64,000 bases of DNA from Chloroflexota bacterium (GTDB lineage: Bacteria; Chloroflexota; Ktedonobacteria; Ktedonobacterales; JADMIN01), in the NCBI GenBank assembly GCA_021814145.1, contig JAKAIY010000001.1, positions 18,094 through 82,093 on the forward strand, in the 5' to 3' direction. Position 1 is the stretch's first letter; each line of letters opens with the position of its first letter. Positions 40,473 through 48,279 of this stretch are shown piece after piece. Under the pieces are notes generated by a model, which saw nothing but the letters and a program-made list of their open reading frames with translations, had not been told where the DNA came from and ran no database searches. The translations under genes and the position numbers were made by a program.

Positions 40473-41025
40473 GCGCCGCCTCCTTCACGATGGATTCCAG
40501 CCGCTCAGGCGTTACATCGCGCGCCGCCTCTTCCCCAACCAGCAGCGCTGGCGCGTGATCGCACTGGCCGAGGCAGGCGAACCACTCCCATTTCACCTGG
40601 CCATCCGCCGCGGGCTCTCCCGGTCCAGCGCCCGTGAGCTCCGTCATCCGCTGTCCCAGCTCTTTCGCGCCTTGCAGTTGGCACACTACACCCCGGCAGA
40701 CGCGAATCATCCCACGGGTTGCGGGCTGGGTCGAGAGCAGGGCATAGAATGTCATGACCCCATACAGGTCAGCGTAGGGAATGTGGAGCCGCTGGCTGAG
40801 GTAACGGGTCATCTCTTTCGAGAGCCAGCCAGTTTCCGCCTGGACATCGCGCAACAACGGGAGTAGTTGATCTCGCGAGAAGCGCGGATAGCGTGGATAC
40901 CGTGACAACACAAGGTCAGCGGCCCGCCGTTCTTCCTCTGACGGCTGCGCCAGGGGAACCTCAGGCAAGCCAAGATCGGCGCGTGCATGGCCGTTTCCAT
41001 GTAGCAGGTTATCCGAAGCGCTCAT
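40453..41025 (-). CDS. NADH dehydrogenase subunit E-like 2Fe-2S protein (FdsG-type)
   Basis: LLPLLRDVQAETGWLSKEM, IRVCRGVVCQLQG and CLGQCDHAPALLV are NuoE-family motifs. Confidence 0.9.
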   Translation of the reverse strand: MSASDNLLHGNGHARADLGLPEVPLAQPSEEERRAADLVLSRYPRYPRFSRDQLLPLLRDVQAETGWLSKEMTRYLSQRLHIPYADLYGVMTFYALLSTQPATRGMIRVCRGVVCQLQGAKELGQRMTELTGAGPGEPAADGQVKWEWFACLGQCDHAPALLVGEEAARDVTPERLESIVKEAAHGRADA

Positions 41026-41084
41026 GAGCGTCTACACCCCTTCCTGGCGGCGCACGCGCACGCGCGCCGCCAGCGGTTCTTTAT

Positions 41085-43016
41085 TTAGTGAGCTCCTGAC
41101 ACGGCGCCACCCGTACGAACCAGCTCAATATTGATCGCCGCGGCTTTGAATTCCGCTGTGCCTGACAGCGGGTCAACCGCATGGATTGTCAACGCGTTGG
41201 TCGTTGCCTGGTCGGGGAAGTGGAACGTCAGGAACGCCAGCCCGCGATACAGGCCCTGGTTCAGGTGCGCCCGCAGCGTCACTGACCCGCGTCGCGAAGA
41301 AACGCGAACCAGCGCGCCTTCTCCAATGCCACGCTCCGCGGCGTCTTCGGGGTTGATCTCGATGAACTCCTCCTGTGGTCGCGCTGAATCATAGAGGCCT
41401 GACTGTACGCCAGTGTTAAAGAACTCCAGACGGCGCCCGGTGGTAAGGGTGATAGGGTACGCGCTATCCACCGGCTCTACCGGCGGCTCATACTCCGTGG
41501 GCTTGAACGGAGCCGGCGCTCCAATCAACGGGTCTTCCCATAGCCGCGAGTACATAAACCGCTCGCCTGGATGCTGCTCATCATAGCAGGGCCACTGCAA
41601 GCCGTGGCTCTCTTCCAGACGCTTGTAGCTCATGCCCGCGTGGATCGGCGAGAGAGAGCGCAGCTCGTCCCAGATCTGCTCGGCAGATGTATAGTTCCAG
41701 CGCGCGCCCATGTGGTTCGCGAGATCCTGGAGAATTTGCCAGTCGTCGCGCGCCTCGCCGGGAGGATCCAGCGCCTTGCGGCAAAGCTGCACACGGCGCT
41801 CGCTGCTGGTGACTGTGCCTTCCGTCTCAGCCCAGGAGGCCGCCCCGGGAAGAACGACATCCGCCAGCTCGGCGGTTTGCTGCATCAGGATGTCCTGGAC
41901 CACGATGAAGTCCAGACCCCGCAGCAGCCGCTCCAGGTGGTTCGCGTCAGCGTCGGAGGCGAGTGGGTTCTCGCCAAGGACGTACAGCGCGCGCATCTCC
42001 CCGCGTTCCATCGCCGCGAGCATGGCGGACTGGTTCCAGCCGCGCTTGGGGGGGATGGTCACACCCCACGCGCGCTCGAACTTGCCGCGTAATTCGTCGT
42101 TCTCGACGTGCTGGAAGCCCGGCAGCCGGTCGGGCAGCGCGCCCATGTCACCGCCGCCCTGCACGTTGTTCTGGCCGCGCAGCGGATTGAGACCACAGCC
42201 AGGGCGTCCAACTTTACCGGTTAGCAGCCCCAGATTGATCAGCGCCAGGACGTTATCTGTGGCGTTGTGATGCTCCGTGATGCCCAGTGTCCAGCAGATT
42301 ATTCCGGTGCGCGCGCGAGCGAAGTCCCGCGCCACCGAGCGGATCTTGGCGGCTGGTATGCCGGTGATTTCCTCAGCGTATTCCGGCGTATAGCGCGCTA
42401 CGACGCGCTTGTAGTCCTCGAACCCCGTCGTCGCGTGTTCGATGAACCAGGACTGATGCAAGCCCTCCTCGATGATGACGTGACCCATCGCGTTCGCGAG
42501 CGCGATATCCGCGCCCACACGAATCTGAAGCCAATCGTGAGCGGCTTCAACCGAGAGTGTCCTGCGGGGATCAACGACGACCATGCGGGCGCCATTCTCG
42601 ATGCCCTTGAGCATATGCAGGAACATGACCGGATGGGTTTCGCGCGCGTTCGATCCCCAGAGGAGGAGGTAATCTGTCTCCTCCATGTCAGTGTAAGAAC
42701 TGGTGCCACCACCGCTGCCGAAGACTGCCGCCAGACCGGCGACGCTGGGAGCGTGTCAGGTACGGTTACAGCTATCAATGTTGTTGCTCGACAACACCGA
42801 CCGCATGAACTTCTCCGCGACAAAGTTGGTTTCATTTGTCGCCTTGGAGCAACTGAAGAAGCCAATCGCCGAGCCGCCATATTGCGCCTTGATACTGCCA
42901 AGACGCTCAGCGACGACGCTGAGGGCTTCGTCCCAGCTTGCGGGCTGAAGCTGTCCGTCCTTACGAACCAGAGGCGTCGTGAGCCGGGCGGCGCGCTGCG
43001 CTACCTGCGTTGCCAC
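41085..43016 (-). CDS. fdhA: formate dehydrogenase alpha subunit, molybdopterin catalytic body, selenocysteine-containing (in-frame UGA at 42756..42758)
   Basis: The track ORFs 42756..43016 and 41085..42686 are one reading frame joined through TGA: ...NNIDSCNRT-U-HAPSVAGLAAVFGSGGGTSSYTDMEETDYLLLWGSNARETHPV... This is the Sec/Cys-His active-site signature of formate dehydrogenases. GTG start at 43016 with GGAGAGGAG upstream. Confidence 0.85.
42727..42758 (-). promoter_or_regulatory. UGA(Sec) codon plus SECIS-like hairpin
   Basis: UGA CACGCUCCCAGC GUCGCC-GGUCU-GGCGGC. A 6-bp stem (one G-U pair) with a GGUCU loop starts 12 nt after the UGA. Confidence 0.6.
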
Positions 43017-43354
43017 GAGAATCGCTCCTCTCCATCAACAAGCGTCTTCGTTGCGGTCACATCCAGTGGCCTCGTTCTGGGAAGCGTGTCCAGCCAACCG
43101 CTGTGATGGTCTGGAGCGCTCGCTCCCCGCTGTTCGTGTATTACGCCGTGGGCGTAAAGCAAGTGAGCGCACTACCAGATACTCAAGAGGAAACTGTAAA
43201 TATCATATCACGATATCTCGCGTTCGCGCATCGTGTATCTTGCGGAAGATCAGGCGGTGAGACGCGCGTTTTTTCCCACAAGAATTCAGTCCAAGATATA
43301 CTGTCGTCACGGCGTTCATGGCAGGCATGCGCTGGCATGAAGAAAGGGACTCAA

Positions 43355-43774
43355 ATGGCGACTGACGACGAGCGGCAGGCGTACATTGACGCGATGGCGC
43401 GCGCGCGCGGCTATGTGCTCGACTACCACAAGGTGATGGCCAAGGCCGATTTTGAGACGCTCATGGCGGCCAACGCGCTGATTGAGAGCGTCTATTTGCG
43501 CCAGCGCGCGCTTGACCGGCGGACGAAAGAGCTGATCTTTATCACGACCCTGACAGTGATGCGCGCGGGCAAAGGACACATCCAGAGCCATATTCGCGCG
43601 GCGCTTGATCTGGGTGTGACACCTCAGGAAATTCTGGAAGCGATTGAAATCACCCTGCCAGAGGCGGGAGTGGTCGCGTTCCAGGTTGGTTTCGAGGCCT
43701 GGCGGGAGATCGTGGGGGCTGAGGGCATCGAGCCGACCGTCACGGTGTTCGAGGGCGGCTCGGGCGTGAGCTAG
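43355..43774 (+). CDS. carboxymuconolactone decarboxylase (AhpD-like) family protein
   Basis: LDYHKVMAKADFETLMAANALIESVYLRQRALDRRTKELIFITTLTVMRAGKGHIQSHIRAALDLGVTPQEILEAIEI is typical of the CMD family. Start at ATG 43355 or 43337. The longer track ORF from 43010 is spurious. Confidence 0.8.
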   Translation: MATDDERQAYIDAMARARGYVLDYHKVMAKADFETLMAANALIESVYLRQRALDRRTKELIFITTLTVMRAGKGHIQSHIRAALDLGVTPQEILEAIEITLPEAGVVAFQVGFEAWREIVGAEGIEPTVTVFEGGSGVS

Positions 43775-44093
43775 CGCGCCCAGGCGCTCGCCGCGTCCGC
43801 GCGATGAGCGCTCTTCATCAGACGGGCATGACTTCCGCATTCAGGCTATAAAACAGAACGCGGAAGCTTCCGGCCAGCGGAAGCCTCCGCGTAATCCAGG
43901 GAGATGGCCCGTCATCGTGTACGCATATGGGTCTGCGCTGCCCGTCACGCGCATTCCCGCCTGGCCCGTAATGGGCGTGATAAGGGCGCCTGCATGAGAG
44001 CGGGGCGTATGGCAACCCCTGGTCCAGGAATGGATGCGCCCGCGTGAGCGCCGCCGGCTTTTGCATGCGGACGCTACACCTGCGGCGGACGCG

Positions 44094-44447
44094 CTATTCG
44101 CCGTCGTTGTCAGGGGTATATGGCGTCAAGCCTAGCATCTGGCGGTCGGCGTCGCTGGCCTGGCCTTCGATCAGCGCGTCGAGCGCGCGCGCCAGCTCCG
44201 GATCATTACCCCGCTGCGCCGCCGGGCCAATCCGCGTTACCCACGCCAGCAACTCGTGCCGGCCACGAAACGACCCTTGCACCTCGTCCAGGGCAAAGCT
44301 GCCGGGGAGCTTGTAGCTTCCCGACGCCGAAGCCTCCGCCTCCTCATCACGCCATTCCTTCGCCTCACTCGCGAGCACCGCCAGCGCTTCTTCCATGGCG
44401 GCTCGCCAGCCCCGCATGAACGCCTCGCGCTCCTGTTGTGTCGCCAT
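44094..44447 (-). CDS. hypothetical protein (117 aa)
   Basis: Plausible RBS (GGAGCG) upstream. Acidic, helical composition. No family recognised. Confidence 0.5.
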   Translation of the reverse strand: MATQQEREAFMRGWRAAMEEALAVLASEAKEWRDEEAEASASGSYKLPGSFALDEVQGSFRGRHELLAWVTRIGPAAQRGNDPELARALDALIEGQASDADRQMLGLTPYTPDNDGE

Positions 44448-44665
44448 ACCGTCTATCGCTCCGCTTCTCGCTTGTCCTCAAAGAGCCATTCGTCCAGAAG
44501 CCGCGCAGCCATCTGAAGCGCGGCCCCAGCGCCTTTTAAAAGTAACACAGATCAGTCCTGTCCGCTTGCCCTGCGCTGTTTCGCCACGCCCGGATTGCGC
44601 CCCGTCGCGTAGAATGTGCCCAGGAGGCCACGAGCGCGTGGAAGCAATCGCGGCGCCCAGAGCGT

Positions 44666-46171
44666 ATGGGCGCGTATTGGGGAGGGCGAATGATGCGAGA
44701 GCCAGCGGAGGCGGGATCAGCGCTGGATGGGAGCGCGCGCGCTCAGCCAAGCCACGCCATTATCCTGGGATGGCGCGGACGCGACCTGACTGTTACCCCA
44801 CCCGCCGACCTGCTCCCGCTCGATGACGCCGCCCTGGCGGACGCGCTCTTCGGTCCGCGCGCCATGTCGCTGGCGCCTCGCCTGCTGCGCGACCGTCGCG
44901 GGCGCTTCTTTCGCGCGCGTCCCATGGACTATGAAGCGCTGCGGGGCGCGCTGCTCGCCCAGGCCGCCGCGCCACTACAGACAGCTTTCGACCCACGCCC
45001 CGCGCTGCCATTCACGCCGCGCCCCACGCTGGAGCCACGCCCTTACCAGACCGAGGCGCTGACCGCCTGGCGCGCCGGGGGTGGGCGTGGTGTGGTGACG
45101 CTTCCCACTGGCGCGGGCAAGACCTACCTCGGCGCGCTGGCCATCGCTGATACGGGCTTGTGGACGCTGGTTGTCGCGCCAACGATTGACCTGCTCGGCC
45201 AGTGGAAACGCGCGATGGCGGAGGCGCTGGCCGCGCCGCCGGAGATGGTTGGCGTCTACGGTGGCGGCGCGCGTGAGATCGCTCCAATCACCATCATCAC
45301 CTACGATTCGGCGCTGCTGCGGCCTGAATTGCTCTGGCGCTTCGGCCTGCTGATCTTTGACGAGTGTCACCACCTGCCCGCGCAGACCTATCGCCAGATC
45401 GCCGAAGGCGCGTTCACGCCGCTGCGCCTGGGACTCAGCGCCACGCCGGAGCGCGCAGACCTGCTGCACATTGATCTGGACCAGCTCATCGGCCCTGAGG
45501 TCTACCGCGCTGATCCTGAATCGCTCTCCGCTGACCACTATCTTGCCGGATTCCAGGTTGAGCGCGTCACCGTCACGCTCACACCCGACGAGCGCGCCCG
45601 CTACGACGCCGCCCGCGAGACGTACCGCGACTTCGTGCGCCGCCGTCATCTCACCATCGCTTCGCCCGCCGACTTCCAGCGCAAGATTCTCTGGGCCAGC
45701 GCCCGCGATCCCGAAGCCAGAGCGGCGATGCTCGCCTGGCGTGAAGCCCGCGCGCTCGCGCTGGACGCGACCGCCAAACTGGCGCTGCTGGAGGATATTC
45801 TCACCCGCCATCACGACGAGCGGGTGCTGATCTTCAGCGAGTACAATGCGCTCGTCACGGAGATCAGCCAGCGCTTCGTGATGCCCAGCGTCACCTATCT
45901 CACGCCCGCTTCCGAGCGCCGCGCGATCCTGGAGGGATTCCGCGCGGGCCGCTTTACCAAGCTCGTTTCCGGGCGTGTGCTCAATGAAGGCGTGGATATC
46001 CCTGATTGCGGGGTCGCGGTCATCGTCAGCGGCAACGCCACGCCTCGCGAGTATATCCAGCGCCTGGGGCGTATCCTGCGTCCCAAGGCCACCAGCGCCA
46101 CGCTCTATGAACTGGTCACCGAAGACACTACCGAGGAGCGCGCGTCCACCCAGCGCAGGAGGCGAGGTTAA
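44666..46171 (+). CDS. XPB/Ssl2 (ERCC3)-like SF2 DNA helicase/translocase
   Basis: PRPYQTEALTAW, TLPTGAGKTYLG (motif I), LLIFDECHHLPA (II) and LGLSATPERADLLHIDLDQLIGPEVYRA. The last stretch aligns with my recollection of human XPB [28 protein letters not shown]. Also RLGRILRPK (VI). Confidence 0.88.
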   Translation: MGAYWGGRMMREPAEAGSALDGSARAQPSHAIILGWRGRDLTVTPPADLLPLDDAALADALFGPRAMSLAPRLLRDRRGRFFRARPMDYEALRGALLAQAAAPLQTAFDPRPALPFTPRPTLEPRPYQTEALTAWRAGGGRGVVTLPTGAGKTYLGALAIADTGLWTLVVAPTIDLLGQWKRAMAEALAAPPEMVGVYGGGAREIAPITIITYDSALLRPELLWRFGLLIFDECHHLPAQTYRQIAEGAFTPLRLGLSATPERADLLHIDLDQLIGPEVYRADPESLSADHYLAGFQVERVTVTLTPDERARYDAARETYRDFVRRRHLTIASPADFQRKILWASARDPEARAAMLAWREARALALDATAKLALLEDILTRHHDERVLIFSEYNALVTEISQRFVMPSVTYLTPASERRAILEGFRAGRFTKLVSGRVLNEGVDIPDCGVAVIVSGNATPREYIQRLGRILRPKATSATLYELVTEDTTEERASTQRRRRG

Positions 46172-46172
46172 G

Positions 46173-48242
46173 ATGCGGCTTGCGCTCGCTGATATTCCCA
46201 AGCGATTTACCCGGCGCGATGGATTGGTCAGCGTCACGCCGCGGCTGCTGCGCCCCCGCGAGGCGCGCGACGCGCTGGCGGCGCTCATCGGCCTGTACGA
46301 GGCGTCACAGGGCCTCGCCCGCGCGGATTTTCCCGACGACCGGCCTGCCCAGATCACGGGTGATATCCGTATGGCCCGCTGCCTGAGCGCTTGCCTGGGC
46401 GACTGGTATCAGTGGACCAGCGAGCCGTGGCCACAACCAGCCACGCCCGGCGAAGCGGCGGCGCTGGCGCTCCATGGAATAGACAGCCCCGGCGCGCTGC
46501 GGCTCGCGCTCTACGACCACGTCAACGCCGCGCACGGCGGCTTTCTCAGCGCCGCCACGCGCGAGTCCACCCTTGGAGCTTTCGCCGCCAGCCTGAGCCT
46601 TTCGCGCGCTACCTTTGACGCCCTGCTCGCCCATGACGATCCGCGCGCCGCCCGGCTCATCCGCCTGAGCGCCGCGCCGCCCACGCCCGCTGAGCTGGCC
46701 GCGCGCTACAATCAGCGCGCCGTTGAGGCCCTGCTGGCCAGCGCGTCTGAGGTCAGCTGGCGGATCGCGCCGCGCGATGGCGTAAGCCTCGGCGCGACCG
46801 TCAAGCGTGTCTGCTTCCTGGCCCGCCGGATGGGGGTGAGCTACGAGGTCACATGTGATGACGCCGGGCGCCCAGACGCGCGCATGGTCGCCGAGCGCGT
46901 TGGACAGTATGCCGCCCCGACCACGCTGGAGCGTGCGCGGCTGCCTGTGGTTATCACACTGCACGGCCCGCGCGAGATGATGGGCGCCGCTAACCAGTAT
47001 GGCGACCGGCTGGCGCGCCTCTGCCGCGCTCTGCTCGGCTACCGCCGTGATCTTCCCAGCGCGGCGGCGCTCGGTGATGTCGTGGCGCTCTCCGGCGTAG
47101 CGACCATCCATTTCCACGGGCGCCCATGTCTGTTCGCGCTCGATGAGCGGCTGGCCCGGCTGCTCCGCGTGAAAGCCGGGGAGGGCGCCGCAAACCAGGA
47201 CGACTCAGACGCCGTCGCGTTCGATTCCGCGCTAGAGCGGCGGCTGCACGCTGACTTCGCCGCGCTGGAGCGTGCGGGCGAGACAGCGGGCTGGCGGCTG
47301 GAACGTGAGCCAGAGCCGATCATCCTTGGCGACACGATTCTTGTGCCCGATTTTGCCCTGACGCGCGAAAACCGCCGCGTCTACCTGGAAGTGGCCGGAT
47401 TTTGGCGTCCTGACTATCGCGCGCGCAAGGCGCGCAAGCTCGCCATGCTGCGCGGCGCGGTCGCGCTGGTCGTCGCCGCGCCCGAAGAGGCCCGATCCGA
47501 GTTCGTGGGTCTCGACGCAGGCTATCCTTTCCTCTGGTATCGGGGTGACGCCATCAGCGCGCCAGCCCTGGTCGGCGCCATCGAGCGCGCCTATGATGAT
47601 TTCCCCGAACGCCTCGCCGCGCTCGACTTCCCGCGCCTGCTGGCTGAAGTCGAGCGCCGCGGCGTCATCCCAACCACCGAGGCCGCGGCCGCCCTGCGCG
47701 GCTACACCCGCGCCGAGCTCTCCCGCGCCGTCCAGGCGCTCGCTGACTACGCCGCCAGCCAGGGCGCCGCCGCGCCGGAATGGCTGGATAGCCTCGGCCT
47801 CTGCGCGCCGGCTACGCTCGAACGCCTCGCGGTGGCAGCCCGCGCAAGCGTGATGGATGCGGGTGGCAGGCTTGCGATGAGCGCGCTGGCCGCGCTGCTG
47901 GCGGCGTCGCAGGCGCCCCTGAGCGAGGCGGCGGTCGAGACGCTGGCCCAGCGTGCGGGGATGTGTATCGAGCGCGCGTCGCTCTTCTCCGCCGAGGTGG
48001 TCATACCCGGCGAAGCGCGCTCCGAGAGCGCGGAAGCAGGCGCACAGCCTGATCCGGCCATCCATGACCTGCCCCGAAAAGCGCAACCGCGCAAGCTGGT
48101 GCGGCGTACACACACTGGCGCCAAGTGGAGGTGGAGCGCGGAAACACTGTTTCCCGCTGAATCCCCCTCCGCTGGAAACGGATCTGGGCCGGACGCCTCA
48201 CCACCCCCTCCGCGTGGCGAAACCTGCCATCAGACCAAGTAG
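46173..48242 (+). CDS. Bax1-like DUF790 endonuclease with a long C-terminal extension
   Basis: ATG at 46173 lies 1 nt after the XPB stop, with AGGAGG upstream. ILVPDFALTRENRRVYLEVAGFWRPDYRARKARKL matches the PD-(D/E)xK core I recall for DUF790/Bax1 (..PDF....Y.E..GFW...Y..K). Family call is from memory of the motif only. Confidence 0.72.
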   Translation: MRLALADIPKRFTRRDGLVSVTPRLLRPREARDALAALIGLYEASQGLARADFPDDRPAQITGDIRMARCLSACLGDWYQWTSEPWPQPATPGEAAALALHGIDSPGALRLALYDHVNAAHGGFLSAATRESTLGAFAASLSLSRATFDALLAHDDPRAARLIRLSAAPPTPAELAARYNQRAVEALLASASEVSWRIAPRDGVSLGATVKRVCFLARRMGVSYEVTCDDAGRPDARMVAERVGQYAAPTTLERARLPVVITLHGPREMMGAANQYGDRLARLCRALLGYRRDLPSAAALGDVVALSGVATIHFHGRPCLFALDERLARLLRVKAGEGAANQDDSDAVAFDSALERRLHADFAALERAGETAGWRLEREPEPIILGDTILVPDFALTRENRRVYLEVAGFWRPDYRARKARKLAMLRGAVALVVAAPEEARSEFVGLDAGYPFLWYRGDAISAPALVGAIERAYDDFPERLAALDFPRLLAEVERRGVIPTTEAAAALRGYTRAELSRAVQALADYAASQGAAAPEWLDSLGLCAPATLERLAVAARASVMDAGGRLAMSALAALLAASQAPLSEAAVETLAQRAGMCIERASLFSAEVVIPGEARSESAEAGAQPDPAIHDLPRKAQPRKLVRRTHTGAKWRWSAETLFPAESPSAGNGSGPDASPPPPRGETCHQTK

Positions 48243-48279
48243 CATTCCCCATAGTTATTCCCAGTTCGGGAGGCATGTC

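Noticed and set aside
42756-42758. TGA interpreted as a gene-disrupting stop (fdhA pseudogene)
   Set aside because: The codon sits exactly at the Sec/Cys-His active-site position of formate dehydrogenases. The frame continues perfectly, and a SECIS-like hairpin follows. Selenocysteine recoding is the better explanation.
43017-43340. Possible molybdenum-cofactor (Moco) riboswitch or another leader RNA upstream of the FDH operon
   Set aside because: I read the minus-strand leader and could not find the conserved Moco-motif elements I remember. I saw only an AT-rich promoter-like patch (43190..43240) and the RBS. An Infernal scan would be needed to settle it.
43818-44066. 82-aa minus-strand ORF between convergent genes
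   Set aside because: No RBS. Pro/Arg/His-rich, improbable sequence. The region is better explained as structured non-coding DNA.
45975-46172. 5' extension of the Bax1-like ORF (track ORF 45975..48242)
   Set aside because: The extension overlaps the 3' end of the XPB gene in another frame. ATG 46173, with AGGAGG upstream and 1-nt spacing from the XPB stop, is the natural start.
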